A stretch of DNA of 64,000 nucleotides from Fistulifera solaris. Its lineage: Eukaryota. Under the pieces are notes generated by a model, which did no database searches, was not told the origin of the DNA, and saw only the letters and a program-made list of their open reading frames with translations. The stretch spans positions 1,736,001 to 1,800,000 of the forward strand of contig AP026123.1 of assembly GCA_030295235.1 (NCBI GenBank), read 5' to 3'. A program made the position numbers and the translations under genes. Every line of letters begins with the position of its first letter. The stretch's first letter is position 1. Shown piece by piece: positions 33,171 to 49,068 of this stretch.

Positions 33171-36100
33171 TTAATGGAACTCTGACGGACTAGTCCATGC
33201 ATCCGCATCTGACTCGGCTTGGTAGTGCTCGAATAATGTCTTTGGCTCCAAACCGGCCATGCCCTCCTTCCTGTACTTGTACATCGAATCTGTAAACATC
33301 TTCACCAAATTCATGTTTGTCAAAAGAGGCGCTCCGAAGTCCATGGCCGTTCTGCGCATAAGGAAGTTATCTTCAAGGCGCTTCGAGTTCTGAGAAGGCA
33401 CGTTGATGACAAGATTGATGGTTCCATTCTTGATAAGTTCGGCTGCGTTGGCCTCGTCACTTTCTTCGGTAGGATAGGGCACAGCGGTGCAGGGGACACG
33501 ATTCTTTCCAAAACAGCAGCAGTGCTACGCGTAGCGTACAAATTGTAACCAAGCTCGTGGAGCTGCCAGGCGCAGTGTGTAAACTCATCTTGTAGATCTT
33601 CCTGGACAGAAACTAGAATGTTCTTTTTGGGCAGTTTGAAGCCCGTCGAGAGGAGAGCTTTCAAGAACGCTTCCTCCTTATTCGCGCCGAAGCAGGCTAC
33701 TTCACCAGTCGAAGCCATTTCTACACCAAGAACCGGATCAGATCCACGGAGACGTGCAAACGAAAACATCGGGGCCTTGACACCAACATATCCATTGGGT
33801 CTATCACGAGTATCCAAAGTCGGTAAATTCATATCAGAAGTGTCAACGCCGACGATCGCTTTGGTAGCAGCTTCGATAAAGTCAACGCCCATTGTCTTCG
33901 ACACGAAGGGGAATGATCGAGACGCACGAACGTTGCATTCAATGCACATGACATCGGTTCCTTTGGCCACGAATTGAATGTTGACAGGACCAGTAATGTT
34001 CAGACGCTTTACAATCTTGCGAGCCGCATCGCGGACACGTTCCTTAGTGTACGCAGAGAGTGTGTGAGGAGGAAGAACCAGGGTAGCATCACCAGAGTGA
34101 ACACCGGCATTCTCGATGTGCTCGTGAATAGCAGCAGCAATCAACTCGCCATCTTTTCCAACACCATCCATCTCAATCTCAGTCGCGCCTTGGATGAAAT
34201 CAGAGATAACAACAGGGTGCTCTTGAGAGACTTCGGCGGCCTCGTTGAGGCAAGAGCGAAGCTGCTCATCGGAATAGGCAACGTTCATCGCAGCTCCACT
34301 TAAAACGTACGACGGTCTCACAAGAACTGGGTAACCAACTTTGCTAGCGAAATCAATAGCACTTTGCGTGCTAGTGAGCTCTCTCCACGCAGGCTGCTGC
34401 ACACCGATCTCGTCGATCATGTCTGAGAATTTGAAGCGATCTTCTGCATTATCAATCATGGCTGCTGGTGTACCCAAGATCTTTACTCCGTTCTTGTCCA
34501 AGTTCAGCGCAATACCGTTGGGAATCTGACCACCAACACTGACGACGACACCTTCAGTTTTGTCACGCTTATAAATGTCCATCACACGCTCGACGCTGAG
34601 TTCTTCAAAGTAGAGACGATCGCATTCATCGTAATCAGTCGATACCGTTTCGGGGTTGTAATTTATCATCGTTGATTTGTAACCCATTTTGCGAAGTGTT
34701 CGGATAGCACTGACTCCGCACCAATCAAATTCAATGGACGATCCAATGCGATAGCATCCGCTTCCTAGAACAGCAATACCGCCATTCTGAGATTCCACAT
34801 CGTTCTCCGAGCCGTGATACGTCATGTACAAATAGTTTGTCTCAGCTGGGTATTCTGCAGCAAGAGTATCGATTTGCTTGGTAAAAGGAACAATTCCTGC
34901 CGCCTCACGCTTCTGGCGCACTTGCATTTCAGTAGTAGCACCTTTCAAGCAGTTGGCAATCTGCTGATCCGAATAACCCATCTTCTTGGCGTGTAACATG
35001 AGGTCGTCACTTAGCTCATCAATAGTGACAGTCTCCATTTCATCCCATGCCTTCACGATATCTTCAAGTCGTCGAAGGAACCAAAAGTCAATCTTGGTAA
35101 TGTCGTGTATCTCGGAAACAGTCAGAGACTTTTCATGCAGTGCCTGGGCAATAGCCCAAATTCGTTTGTCCGTAGGAACAGCAAGTTCCCTCTTCAACTC
35201 AGAAAGTGTTTCGTAACGATTCTTCATCGAAAAACCTGGGTTTGAAGGGTCTACCATGCGGAGCGCTTTCTGAATAGATTCTTCCATTGTTCGACCGATA
35301 CCCATGACCTCACCGACACTCTTCATCGCAGAACCGATCTCTTGGTTGACTCCTTCGAACTTGGACATATCCCAGCGAGGAATCTTAGTAACGATGTAAT
35401 CCAAAGAAGGTTCGAAAGCTGCTTGTGTCTTCTTCGTAACCGAGTTAATGACCTCAGTCAGTGGGATACCCAAGCACAATTTGGCGGCGACAAAGGCAAG
35501 AGGATACCCAGTCGCCTTTGAAGCAAGAGCCGACGAACGGGAGAGACGAGCGTTCACCTCGATAATAGCATACTCGAGCGATTCGGGATGTAAGGCATAC
35601 TGGATGTTGCACTCTCCGACGATACCAAGGTGACGAACAACCTTGATGGCAGTCTCTCGGAGCATATGATACTCTTCGTCACTGAGAGTTTGCGATGGCG
35701 CCATCACGATACTGTCCCCTGTGTGAATGCCGAGAGGATCAAAGTTTTCCATGTTGCAAACAGTGACGCAGTTATCATAGACATCGCGAACAACCTCGTA
35801 TTCAACTTCCTTCCATCCTTTCATACTCTTTTCGACCAGAATCTGGGGGGAGACCGAGAGAGCTTTACGCGCCATATCCTTCAAGTGGGGCTCATCTTGA
35901 CAGATACCACTTCCTAAACCACCCAAGGCAAAGGCGGAACGGATCATGCAAGGATATCCGACCTTTCTTGCGTGTTCCACTGCCTGATCGATGGTATCTG
36001 CCGTGTAAGACTCGGCAATTTTCTCGTTGATTTCATTCAGACGGTCCGAGAAAAGCTGACGATCTTCCGTGTTAATAACACTTTCGATAGGTGTACCGAG

Positions 36101-37793
36101 AACATGGACACCGTACTTTTGAAAAGTGCCGGCGAGGTACATTTCAACGGCGCAGTTGAGCGCTGTCTGCCCACCCATGGAGACAACAACACCATCGGGT
36201 TTTTTCTTTCTTGATGACTTCTTCGACAAAGTCGGGAGTCACAGGAAGGAAGAAAACATGATCCGCCTTGCTTGTAGACTTGTCGTCAGTGTTTGTTTGC
36301 ACGGAGGCGATGTTAGGATTCATGAGAACAACCTCGCATCCTTCTTCCTTGAGAGCCTTGATGGCTTGGCCACCCGAGTAATCGAATTCTCCGGCTTGTC
36401 CGATACTTGTACCGCCCGAACCCAAAAGCAAGACTTTCTTCACCTTGGGAGGAGTAGGCGCAGGTTTGCGGTCCGGGAACTTGATCTTCCATCCTTTAAC
36501 TTAGATCGGCATGCATCCAAAAATGTGTCGAACATGAACTCGGTGTCCGTTGGCCCGGACGATGCCTCGGGGTGGAACTGGGCGGTAAAGTAAGGACGAG
36601 TTTCATGACCAATGCCCTCGTTCGATCCATCGTTGGCGTTTGTAAACAATGTCTTCCATCCTGGCTTGAGAGTCGACGTATCGATGTGGTAACCGTGATT
36701 CTGCGGAGTGATGTAGCACTCTCCCGTTTGGTGATTCAGCACTGGCTGATTTTGTCCGCGGTTTCCAAACGGCAGCTTGACGGCTTTGCCCCCAGCCGCG
36801 AGACCAATCAACTGGTTTCCCATGCAAATACCGTAGATGGGCTTGATTTGGTCTTCCGGACAGGTGATGACTTTTTCCAGTTCTTTGACAGTCTCCATGC
36901 ACATGTTCGGGTCACCAGGCCCGTTGCTCAGGAAAAGACCATCGTACTTGTGCATATCAGCGGCGAAGGGGTAGTTCCACGGAACGACAGTCAACTCGAC
37001 CCCACGTTTGACCAACTGACGAATAATGCTGTATTTCATACCACAATCGACGGCAATGACCTTGGTGGGGTTTCCCTTTCCGTACACAGTTGGTTCCTTG
37101 ACACTGACTTCACCCACCAAATGGCGCTTGTTGGGATCGACCATTTTTGAAAAGTCCGGCACCGGTGCGTTGAGGTCGACTTCAATGCGACCCAACATGG
37201 CACCTTTTTCTCGGATTTTCTTGGTCAACATACGCGTATCAATGTCACAGAGACCGGGGACGCCTTCTTCCTTGAGCCAGTCACCGAGACTGCTTGCAGC
37301 CTTCCAGTGAGAATAGTGATGACTGTAGTTCTGCACAATCAACCCAGTGGCATGAATGCGATTTGATTCAAAGTCAGCGGGTAGACCGTATTCGTCTAGT
37401 TTCTTGCGGTCGGGGACACCATAGTTACCAACCATGGGTTGCGTCAAGGTAAGAATCTGGCCTTCGTAGGAAGGATCGGTCAAACTTTCGGGGTATCCAA
37501 CCATACCCGTCGTGAAGACGACCTGTAAAGAAGATACTTTAATGAGATAATCGACGACCACGTAGTATCTTTTCCGACGCGTTTTTACTTACTTCACCCT
37601 CCACCGAGGTATGGCAACCAAACGACTTTCCAACCAATGTCGTACCATCTTCCAGATGAAGCATGGCAACAGCCTCCGGTCGCTTGGCATCATCGCCACT
37701 ATGGGTGCTCATGAAAGCGGCCCTTCCGGTCCGAAGGTTCGGTTTTCGGAAATGGATTGCGTTCCGAGCACTGCGGAGGATAGCCAAATTCAT
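33171..37793 (-). CDS. CPS: Mitochondrial carbamoyl-phosphate synthetase, fused GAT+synthetase+MGS (intron 37523-37592; frameshifts ~36470, ~36200, ~33505)
   Basis: Presequence [59 protein letters not shown], two ATP-grasp halves; no DHO/ATC domains. Confidence 0.95.
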
Positions 37794-38532
37794 TTTTTAC
37801 TGTTCAACTTTCTAATGAATCAAGCTAAAAATTGTTTCGAGATGTTATTTTTGCTTGTTGAATTAAAGTGTCAACACTTTCCTACTTCCTCAAATCAAAA
37901 AAGTGCAATTGCAAGATGCTTTTCACCACGTCTTGTGTAAAGGAGCGTATAGATCGTAGATCCGACTTTCTCCAAATTCTCCCAAAACATGGTGCGGATC
38001 CTTTTTCAAAAAAGCGAAGGAACGAAAAGGAGAAGTGTTTTAAACCGCTACGATCCGTCGCCATATATTGTTGAACAAGGTATTGAATGTTTCTATTTGT
38101 TATATTGTACATCAATTACCGGTCAGATATCAAACAAAGATTCCGATGAAAATCTCAAAACGGATGAACGACAGACCCGGATATCATTTTTTGCCGGAAG
38201 TGAGAAAGGATGACGTTAATTGTAGTCGACCAGATGTTTATACTGACGGTGATTGACGTGGAACAATTTCTTTGTTATACAGAAACTTCAGCTTTCTAAC
38301 GTCGAATGGGCGCATTTTCAAAAATGATACACCCCGTCCGAGAAACAGTTTCTTTGCTTGTGGGGAACGAATGGCGGTAGCCGCATCATGTCTGCGGTCG
38401 TCCGTACCGAGGAGAGCTTCATGAATCGTTTCATTCCCTCCTACCTCCTACTGATAAAGCTCCATAAAGTGCAACTAAAGGCACGGATAAGATAGGAGAC
38501 GAGATAGCTTCATTGTCACTAGGATGATAGTA

Positions 38533-39706
38533 TTACTTTGCGGCAAACTCAATGCCCTTTTGAATTTGAGCTTTCAGGTCGGGCATCATTTTGTCAAACC
38601 AACCCTTCTCGTAGGCACTCAACTCCCCGAACGGAAGTACCTCCTCCACACCGTTGGGACCAAATTTGCAGGGACTTGCAAAGAAACGAGCATCCGTAAG
38701 GCTGGATTCGACAAACGCACATTGGACGCACTCTTCTCCTTTCATGGCTTTGACGACGTTCTCCGCAAAAATAAAGCCGGCATAGGCCATCGATAGCGTG
38801 GCACTTCCCGCCCCCGCCTTGGCTTTGACCACTTCGTCTCCACCAAACTGAGTGCGTACGGTTAAGGCTTCCAGTTCTTCATCTGTCGCAGTGAAACCGG
38901 GCACTTGTGAAAACAAGGGAAGGATGGTGATACCGGCGTGTCCTCCGATGACGGGGACATCGATGGTGGCGGGATCCTTCTGCAAATGGGATCCTACAAA
39001 CGTATTGGCACGAATCACATCCAAAGTAGTGACACCGCACAGTTTCTTTGGGTTGTAAACCCCTTTGCTTTCAGAATCTCGGCCGCGATGGGGACGGTCG
39101 AGTTGACCGGGTTGCTAATGATGGCAATCAGCGCATCAGGGCAGTGCTCGGCACATCCCTCGACCAAGGTTTTTACGATTCCTGCATTGATCTATTTGTA
39201 TGTTATTTTTTGATAAATATAAAGTGAGAGTCACCATTTAGAATAGACAAATGCCGTGAAAGCTGTTGTTTGACCGACTTTGAATGACAAACTTACGTTG
39301 AAAAGGTCGTCACGTGTCATTCCAGGCTTTCGCGGAACTCCCGCCGGGATGACAACAACACTAGCACCCGTCAAAGCCTTTCCCAGCTCCTCTTCTTGCC
39401 CTTCACTGGCGCCCAAGTATCCGTTGACGGACGCTTTCGTCGGGATCTACGTAGCAAAGGCGTCAGAAATGGAGAGATTTACAGAATAGTTGAAGATTGA
39501 TTACTTACATGGCTGAGATCGGCAGCAACTCCGGGACTGCCTCGAACATCGTAACAGGAAAGTTCATCGACGGCCGAACACAATTTGAGCAACATGGAAA
39601 GAGGCTGTCCGATGCCTCCCGCCGCGCCCAAAACCGCCACCTTGGTTGACATGGAACGCGCGGATGCAGACATGACTCGAGAAACAGCGGAACGAGACAC
39701 AAACAT
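38533..39706 (-). CDS. MDH2: Mitochondrial malate dehydrogenase (introns 39447-39508, 39192-39296; frameshift ~39060)
   Basis: [51 protein letters not shown]. Confidence 0.96.
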
Positions 39707-40155
39707 ACTGGATGGTTGACTGGTTAGTGACTTGGCGTCAACACAAGAAGGCGAAAGTGATGGCTTTTTTTGTAATGCGAACGGAAAAAGCCGAAACGCG
39801 AAGATCTTTGCGCGTGCGGTCCGCCGGCCTTTTTGGCGGCGAAGGCGAAAGCCAAGGGTCACTAGTCGTAACGGTAGCCACAACTATAGAGTTTGTAGAC
39901 ACCAGCCGTTTAGACTGTGAGATTGGAAGTACCGACGGTTGTGACGCCTGTGTGACGCAGCACCTTCGTTCAAGCCTTCGTTCGTTGTTTTTTATCCCGC
40001 GACTGGACTTCAGTCACGAAGCAACATTTCGCCTCCGCCTTCCGCCGCGATTATTTCGCGCCGTTTTTTCTGCGCAACCACCACAATACATTTTTTCACA
40101 ACCAGAGAACAAAAGATTCAATTATAGGTAAAATTTATAACTTTACTGACAGAAA

Positions 40156-40949
40156 ATGAGTGCCGAAAAATCAGACAACAGCAGTAGATGCCCTGTGAAG
40201 CACGACGGCGGTAACGATTCAGGGACTTCCTCTTTTGGGGATGGTTGGGCGGAACGAACGGCAACGCTCCGTCGGAGGCCCTTCCCGAGGGTTGCAAGTC
40301 CCCGACCTTTGCGTCTTTAGAAGAAGCTGCTCGACATGCTCAAAGTCCTCATCCGGATCAAAAAATTCCTCTTTCAACGTCGCGACAAGTGTCTAGCATC
40401 ATGCGGGGAACGAATGATGATCTACCTCGTCATCAGACCGAAGACAGTAATCAGGAAAACAAGTGGGTGTATCCGTCGGAACAACAGTTTTATAACGCTA
40501 TGCGAAGAAAAGGTTGGAGCAACATTCCGGAGGACTCGATTCCTACCGTGCTACAAATTCACAACCACATCAATGAACGCACCTGGCGAAACATTCAAGA
40601 ATGGGAAAGTTCGGATGAATTGCTTTTGGCGCGTTTCATGGGCCGACCGAAGGATATATCGCCGAAGGCGTTCTTCTTGTCGAAGGTTTTGAGAATGTAC
40701 GACCCGCCGTTCGATCGTCATGATTGGTATGTTCAGCATCCGGGGAGTCAAGAACAACACCGCTACGTGATTGATTACTACTACCTTCCCAATCCCGACC
40801 CGAATATGCCCCCCATCCCTTACGTCGATGCTAGACCAGCACTGGATCACCCTCGCGCCGTGTGGTTGCAAGGGAAACAATTTTTCAAAAGCGCGTTTCC
40901 GGGCATCACGGGTTATATCAACAAATTAAGCAGCCAATCGAGTCGGTAA
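40156..40949 (+). CDS. HCCS: Holocytochrome c synthase (frameshift ~40235)
   Basis: N-terminal CPV heme motif; WVYPSEQQFYNAMRRKG, IHNHINE, PFDRHDW, RYVIDYY, DARPALD. Confidence 0.95.
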
Positions 40950-41249
40950 CTTAAACAACTGACGTAGGACTAATACCTGGTAACGAGGAACTTAGTTTAG
41001 CGGTTTTCTAAATCCACAAACTTAGATGTGTAGCAACCACGCCTGCTTGAAAGCTGATCTTTTTACTCGACAGAGTTCACGGCTTTACCGTTTCCTTGGT
41101 TAGTTTCATCTCTGCAAAGCAGCTGTGATGATCTAGTATCCCAGTCTCACTACCATTTGTTACGAAAAGGTTATAATTATACTGTACTATTGTTTATTGT
41201 TTGACTTTTTCGGCCAACGTCCTATAACTACAAGAGCATAGAATCCCTG

Positions 41250-41480
41250 CCACGAAAGCATTTCAGTCATGAATCAATGTTCTGGCTGCTTTGCTAATAA
41301 CCTCGTTGCCTTGATCAATTAAACTTGCGTGTATCACAATACAATACCATTATTATTTTTGACAATGCGTATCGATTCTTTTACACTGAAAGCTGAATAC
41401 TTCGGAAACCGATATCTCCAATGTTTTTATAGGCTCAAAGTGTAGACGGTTTTTCGCCACGACTGTATTTTTAGTCATGG
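41250..41480. repeat. Dispersed repeat family, locus 2 (two direct copies)
   Basis: CCACGAAAGCATTTCAGTCATGAATCAATGTTCTG at 41250 and CCACGACTGTATTTTTAGTCATG at 41457. Confidence 0.75.
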
Positions 41481-41987
41481 ACAACGCTGATTACCATGAC
41501 TATGAGATTGTTGTGAAAGTGATCACTGTACCAGTAAAAGGCCGTAGTCCAAGTTGTTGGGTGCGTGGCCGTGGCGGATTCACATCACTCAGACCTTGCC
41601 AAAAATCCCATCTCAATGTTTGCGAAAAGAAATCATCATCCGCAACAACCTTTTTGAACAAAACCTGTGCGACATGATGTTTTCAAAGGATCAAAGAAGA
41701 AGATTGACAAACTTCCAACGGAGTTTTGTGACGCTTTCCGTTGAGTGTACACAATGAGTCACAGTAGAATGTGACTAGTGAACTTTTGATAGGTAGAAAA
41801 AGTACGAAGGCGAATTTTGTGGACGTAAGTGGAAACTACTTTTCGGCGAACCATCCGATCGTGGCATTCTGTGTAGAAGAAATGAAGGGAGAACGTTTTA
41901 CGTTTCGTTTTCGCGGGCGATTGCGTTTGTGCCTCTCTTCAACCTTCTCATCGAGGTGCTCGCATAAAAAATTCAAGACCACCCGAC

Positions 41988-42293
41988 ATGGCAAACCATC
42001 GTTACACGGAAGACAACTCTCAAACCTCTTTCTCTCAAACAGCATCACACGTCGAAACGAAACAAAAGCGACAGAATGTGTCGTTTTCGGAGGACGTAAC
42101 GAGCTTCGAGGTGCCTCCGTTGGAGCCTGCATTGAAGCGCGCCTTGTTTTACGATCAGCATGACCTGCGGCGTTTTCAAGTTCAGGAGAAGTATCGCCGT
42201 GACCAGGAAGAGTCCGACAATCAGCTTCGTAGGATGAGACAGGGAGAGCCTTTTCAGTCGCTTTTGGGGTCGCGCTTTCCCCTCTTTGTCTAA
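41988..42293 (+). CDS. Small hypothetical protein (101 aa), paralogue of 52638-52883
   Basis: ATG-initiated ORF sharing VSF-x3-V...K-x2-LFY-x3-D[LI]RRFQxQEKxRxD with the second ORF. Confidence 0.7.
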   Translation: MANHRYTEDNSQTSFSQTASHVETKQKRQNVSFSEDVTSFEVPPLEPALKRALFYDQHDLRRFQVQEKYRRDQEESDNQLRRMRQGEPFQSLLGSRFPLFV

Positions 42294-43088
42294 ACGATAG
42301 CACTTCACGCGACGAGAGCAACTCCTTGGTGTTTTGAGTGCTCTCCGTCGTTCAGGCGAACATTTTTGACACGCTACCTTTTTGTATAAAGAGATCACAC
42401 GCTTTCACTTTCAACAATGAAAACGTGCTGATACGATGATGCTATGAACATGCTGGTTTTTGGGAGTAATGTGTGTGAGACCAACAGTTGTAAAATATAA
42501 TGATGAATTAGTTTGAGACACTCTTCTTGTTTTCGTGATGAATTTGTGTTGTGGGAAAACACATGTGCGTTGTGAACTGCTTTAATAGGTATTTTTTGTT
42601 GAATGATTGAAGATATCCGCCCCGACCGCCTTTAGCACACGTATCCCGCAAGAACCCATCGAATAACTTTATTTCAACAATAGCAACTCATTACGGTCGC
42701 AATGAACTTTTCCCGTGTGGGTTCATATGTCTAATACGTTTACGTAAAGAGGAAGCGATACAAAGTTTGGCTTGACGACATCATTAGGGACCCTTAGCAA
42801 GCACTTCCCACGTGTAACTTGCTCCTCCATTCGGGACTGCTTGGTCTTGGAGAAACGACGAACGACGTCAAAACCGATGAAGTTGAAGTCTTTCGCTCAC
42901 TCTTACTCGACGTTCAACAACGTTTACTTTTCCTTGATTTCCAATTGAAAAGACGAAAAGAGAACTCACCATCAAGGTAGAGTGAAGACGCGGAAGAATA
43001 GAAGTCTTTTTCGGTTCTCGTAGCTGGAAATCGAAGTTTGATTTGATACAAGAAACCGCCAAGAAAAAGGAAGACATTTCAAGAGAAA

Positions 43089-45841
<2,753 letters not shown>

Positions 45842-46339
45842 AACTACTCCGTAACATAAAAAAATATTAATTCAAAACTTACATACATAGGTACATAGGG
45901 GACAAAGTGCACACATCGGCGGTCTCCTTCATTTTAAAAGAGACTTTTCTTCTCAAAACTTCCAAGAAGATCTATGCTTGTTGTTTGACGAGAGTGTATG
46001 AAGACTTTGCCAATTCAATTTCAATTGCCTCGCTTGGACGAACGGCGTTAGCATCAATACCGGTACGAGGGAATGTGTGACGATGACAATTCTCGAGCGC
46101 GGATCCGTTCACAAACGCCGATAGACGAAAGATCCAGATGGACGGACGACTGATGAAGGCTGGTCGACTATAGCTTTTTCTGTGGAAAAAAGAGCTCTTT
46201 CAACAAGTACGTGGTCGACAGGTCGTCCTCAGTGACGTTGGTCACCTCAAACGCCAAGTAGTAAACGACAACAACCTCGTCGGTTTATAAGTGCAACACA
46301 TTTTCATTCCTTTGGTTTGCAATAATATCTCTCAACAAG

Positions 46340-47574
46340 ATGAAGACTGCTTTTTTCGCTGCCTGTGTTGCATCTGCTGCTGCGTTTGCCCCTAGCACCA
46401 AGCCTGCTTTCGGGTGAGTATTTTTCCGACCCATGTGTCGTTTACCGACGAAGCACGCGACCGAAAGATCTCGCTTCGCGGAGGGTCTTTGAAGAAACGT
46501 GTCCGTCGCTCTCAACGAATCCAAATTTAATTTGATTTGCGTAGTGAAAGCTCTCGTTGGCTTTGGTAACCGGCCTTTTTCTCACGCATGTTTACCCCTT
46601 TGTTTCATTTTTGACACTCGCCTAACAGCACTTCGTTGGCCGGAAAGCAAGATTTCCTCGAGGCTGAGCCTTATTGGGACCAATCGACTGTTCCTGTCAA
46701 TGTGTACAAGAACAAGGCCCCTTTCACCGGAAAGGTTGTCTCCACCAAGCGCATCGTTGGACCCAAGGCCACCGGTGAGACCTGCCACATCATTATCGAC
46801 CACAATGGTGACTTTCCCTACTGGGAGGGACAATCATGGGGTGTCATCCCCCCGGGTGTCCGTGAAAAGGACGGAAAACCCCACAGTGTCCGTCTTTACT
46901 CGATCGCCTCTTCCCGATACGGTGACGACATGACCGGAAAGACGGGAAGTCTTTGCGTGCGTCGTGCCACCTACTGGTGCCCGGAGCTCAAGGCCGAGGA
47001 CCCCGCCAAGAAGGGTATCTGCTCCAACTTCTTGTGCGACACCAAGCCGGGTGATGAAATCCAAATGACTGGACCCGCCGGAAAAGTGATGCTCATCCCC
47101 GAGGAGAACCCCAACACCGACTTGATCATGGTGGCCACCGGTACCGGAATTGCCCCCTACCGTGGTTTCATCCGCCGTCTATTCTTCGAAGACACCCCCG
47201 CCGCCAACGCCTACAAGGGCACTGCTTGGCTTTTCATGGGTGTTGCCAACTCGGACGCCCTCCTTTACGACGATGAGCTCCAAGAGGTGAAGAAGAAGTT
47301 CCCCAACAACTTCCGTCTCGACTACGCCTTGAGCCGAGAACAGGAGAACAAGAAGGGTGGCAAGATGTACGTCCAAGACAAGGTTGAGGAGTACGCTGAC
47401 GAGATTTTCACCAAGCTCGACAATGGTGCCCACATCTACTTCTGCGGTCTTAAGGGTATGATGCCTGGAATCCAGGATATGCTCAAGAGCGTTGCCGAGA
47501 GCAAGAAGATCGACTACGAAGAGTGGGTCAAGGAGCTCAAGGCCAAGAAGCAGTGGCACGTCGAGGTCTACTAA
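46340..47574 (+). CDS. petH: Plastid ferredoxin-NADP+ reductase (intron 46414-46628)
   Basis: Presequence [45 protein letters not shown]; strong C-ending codon bias. Confidence 0.97.
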
Positions 47575-47798
47575 ATGCTCTCGTACGAGTCTTTGGTATT
47601 TTAGCGATAAACGTTCTTAATTCTAGCTTTCGTCGTCACGCATAGTTCCTTGTCATCTATTCTATTTTTAGAGAAAATGAGTAGTCTGATTTATCATTAT
47701 GATCTCTCAAGTACCTACGTAGAAAATTCATTCGAAGCCAACCAGACTAATGAAGACCTCGTTATTATTTTTACTTCAACTACTCGCTATTCGTCCTT

Positions 47799-48685
47799 TT
47801 ATAGAACAGGCATCGGAGGCTTGGTTATGTGAGACGTCTTGGTTTTAACGACTTCATCAATGATTCCGTAGTCAACAGCCTCTTCGGGTGTCATGAAGAA
47901 ATCACGATCACAGTCCGCCTCAATCTTGTCTTTCGGCTGACCACAGTAGTCCGCAATATAGGTATTCAAGACTTCACGAATGAAGAGAATCTCCTTGGCT
48001 TGAATTTCAATATCCGCTGCCTGACCTTGTGCTCCACCCAAAGGTTGATGAATCATGATCCGCGAGTTGGGCAGCGCTCGTCGTTTGCCTTTCGCGCCAG
48101 CACCCAACAAGAAGGCACCCATACTCGCCGCCATACCGAAACACACCGTCGAAACATCGCACGGAACGTATTGCATGGTATCGTAAATTGCCATACCCGC
48201 CGAAACACTTCCACCCGGCGAATTGATGTACAGGGTAATATCTTTCTTGGGATCTTCGTTGGCTAAATAAAGAAGCTGCGCTACCAAAACATTGGCAACT
48301 TCGTCGTCAACACCCTGTCCTAAAAGCAGAATTCGATCTTTCAAAAGACGAGAAATAACATCCATTTGTCCTTTTTCCGTGTCAATCATAGGCATTCGCA
48401 CAGGATTTGTGGGAGGCTTGTCGTCCGGGTCCTTGCGACGAGGATCCACCTATCACCCAGTTAACCAAGGGCAAGAAAATCGAGTAGTGAGTCAAATAGT
48501 CGCAAAAGAGAATTGATAGCTCGCAAAATAATCATTGAAAAACATGAACATACCTCTGGCTGGGGTTCGTCGGGCATCATGGTCCATTTGGAACTAATCA
48601 TGCTGTTCACAATGGACGACTGCGGCGAATACGCCGAAAAGGCCGAAGCAGCGATCGGGAGTAACAAGGTAGTAAAGAACTTCAT
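47799..48685 (-). CDS. clpP: Plastid ClpP protease subunit (intron 48450-48553)
   Basis: Presequence with [41 protein letters not shown]. Confidence 0.96.
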
Positions 48686-49068
48686 TTGTAAAAGGCACTT
48701 TCAATCTGTTTGAAACGAACCTGAATGGAACTCTCGTTGTGTTATGTTGCTGTTTTGCGGTTTTGCTTCACGTCGATTATCCGTGTGGAAGAACCGGGAC
48801 TTGGAACTCGAGACTTACACGCACCAATGTGCGGCTCCACCGGTTTGTTTGTGACGTGGAGCTTTAAATTCGTGAATGACCTCCTCGTGTTTCAACGGAA
48901 AGGGTGCGCCGGCTTGCTTATTAGCCAATCGACGTTGAAGATCTAACATCGATAGTCAACGGAGAAAAACGACATAAAATAACTGTTAATCTCATACTAA
49001 TCATTACAACGGAAAGTGGGACGCAGCTTGACTATACTCTTTTCGCAACCTAAAAAACGCAAGAAAGC

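Noticed and set aside
46414..46628. Intronic snoRNA in the unusually long FNR intron
   Set aside because: No convincing C/D or H/ACA box arrangement seen.
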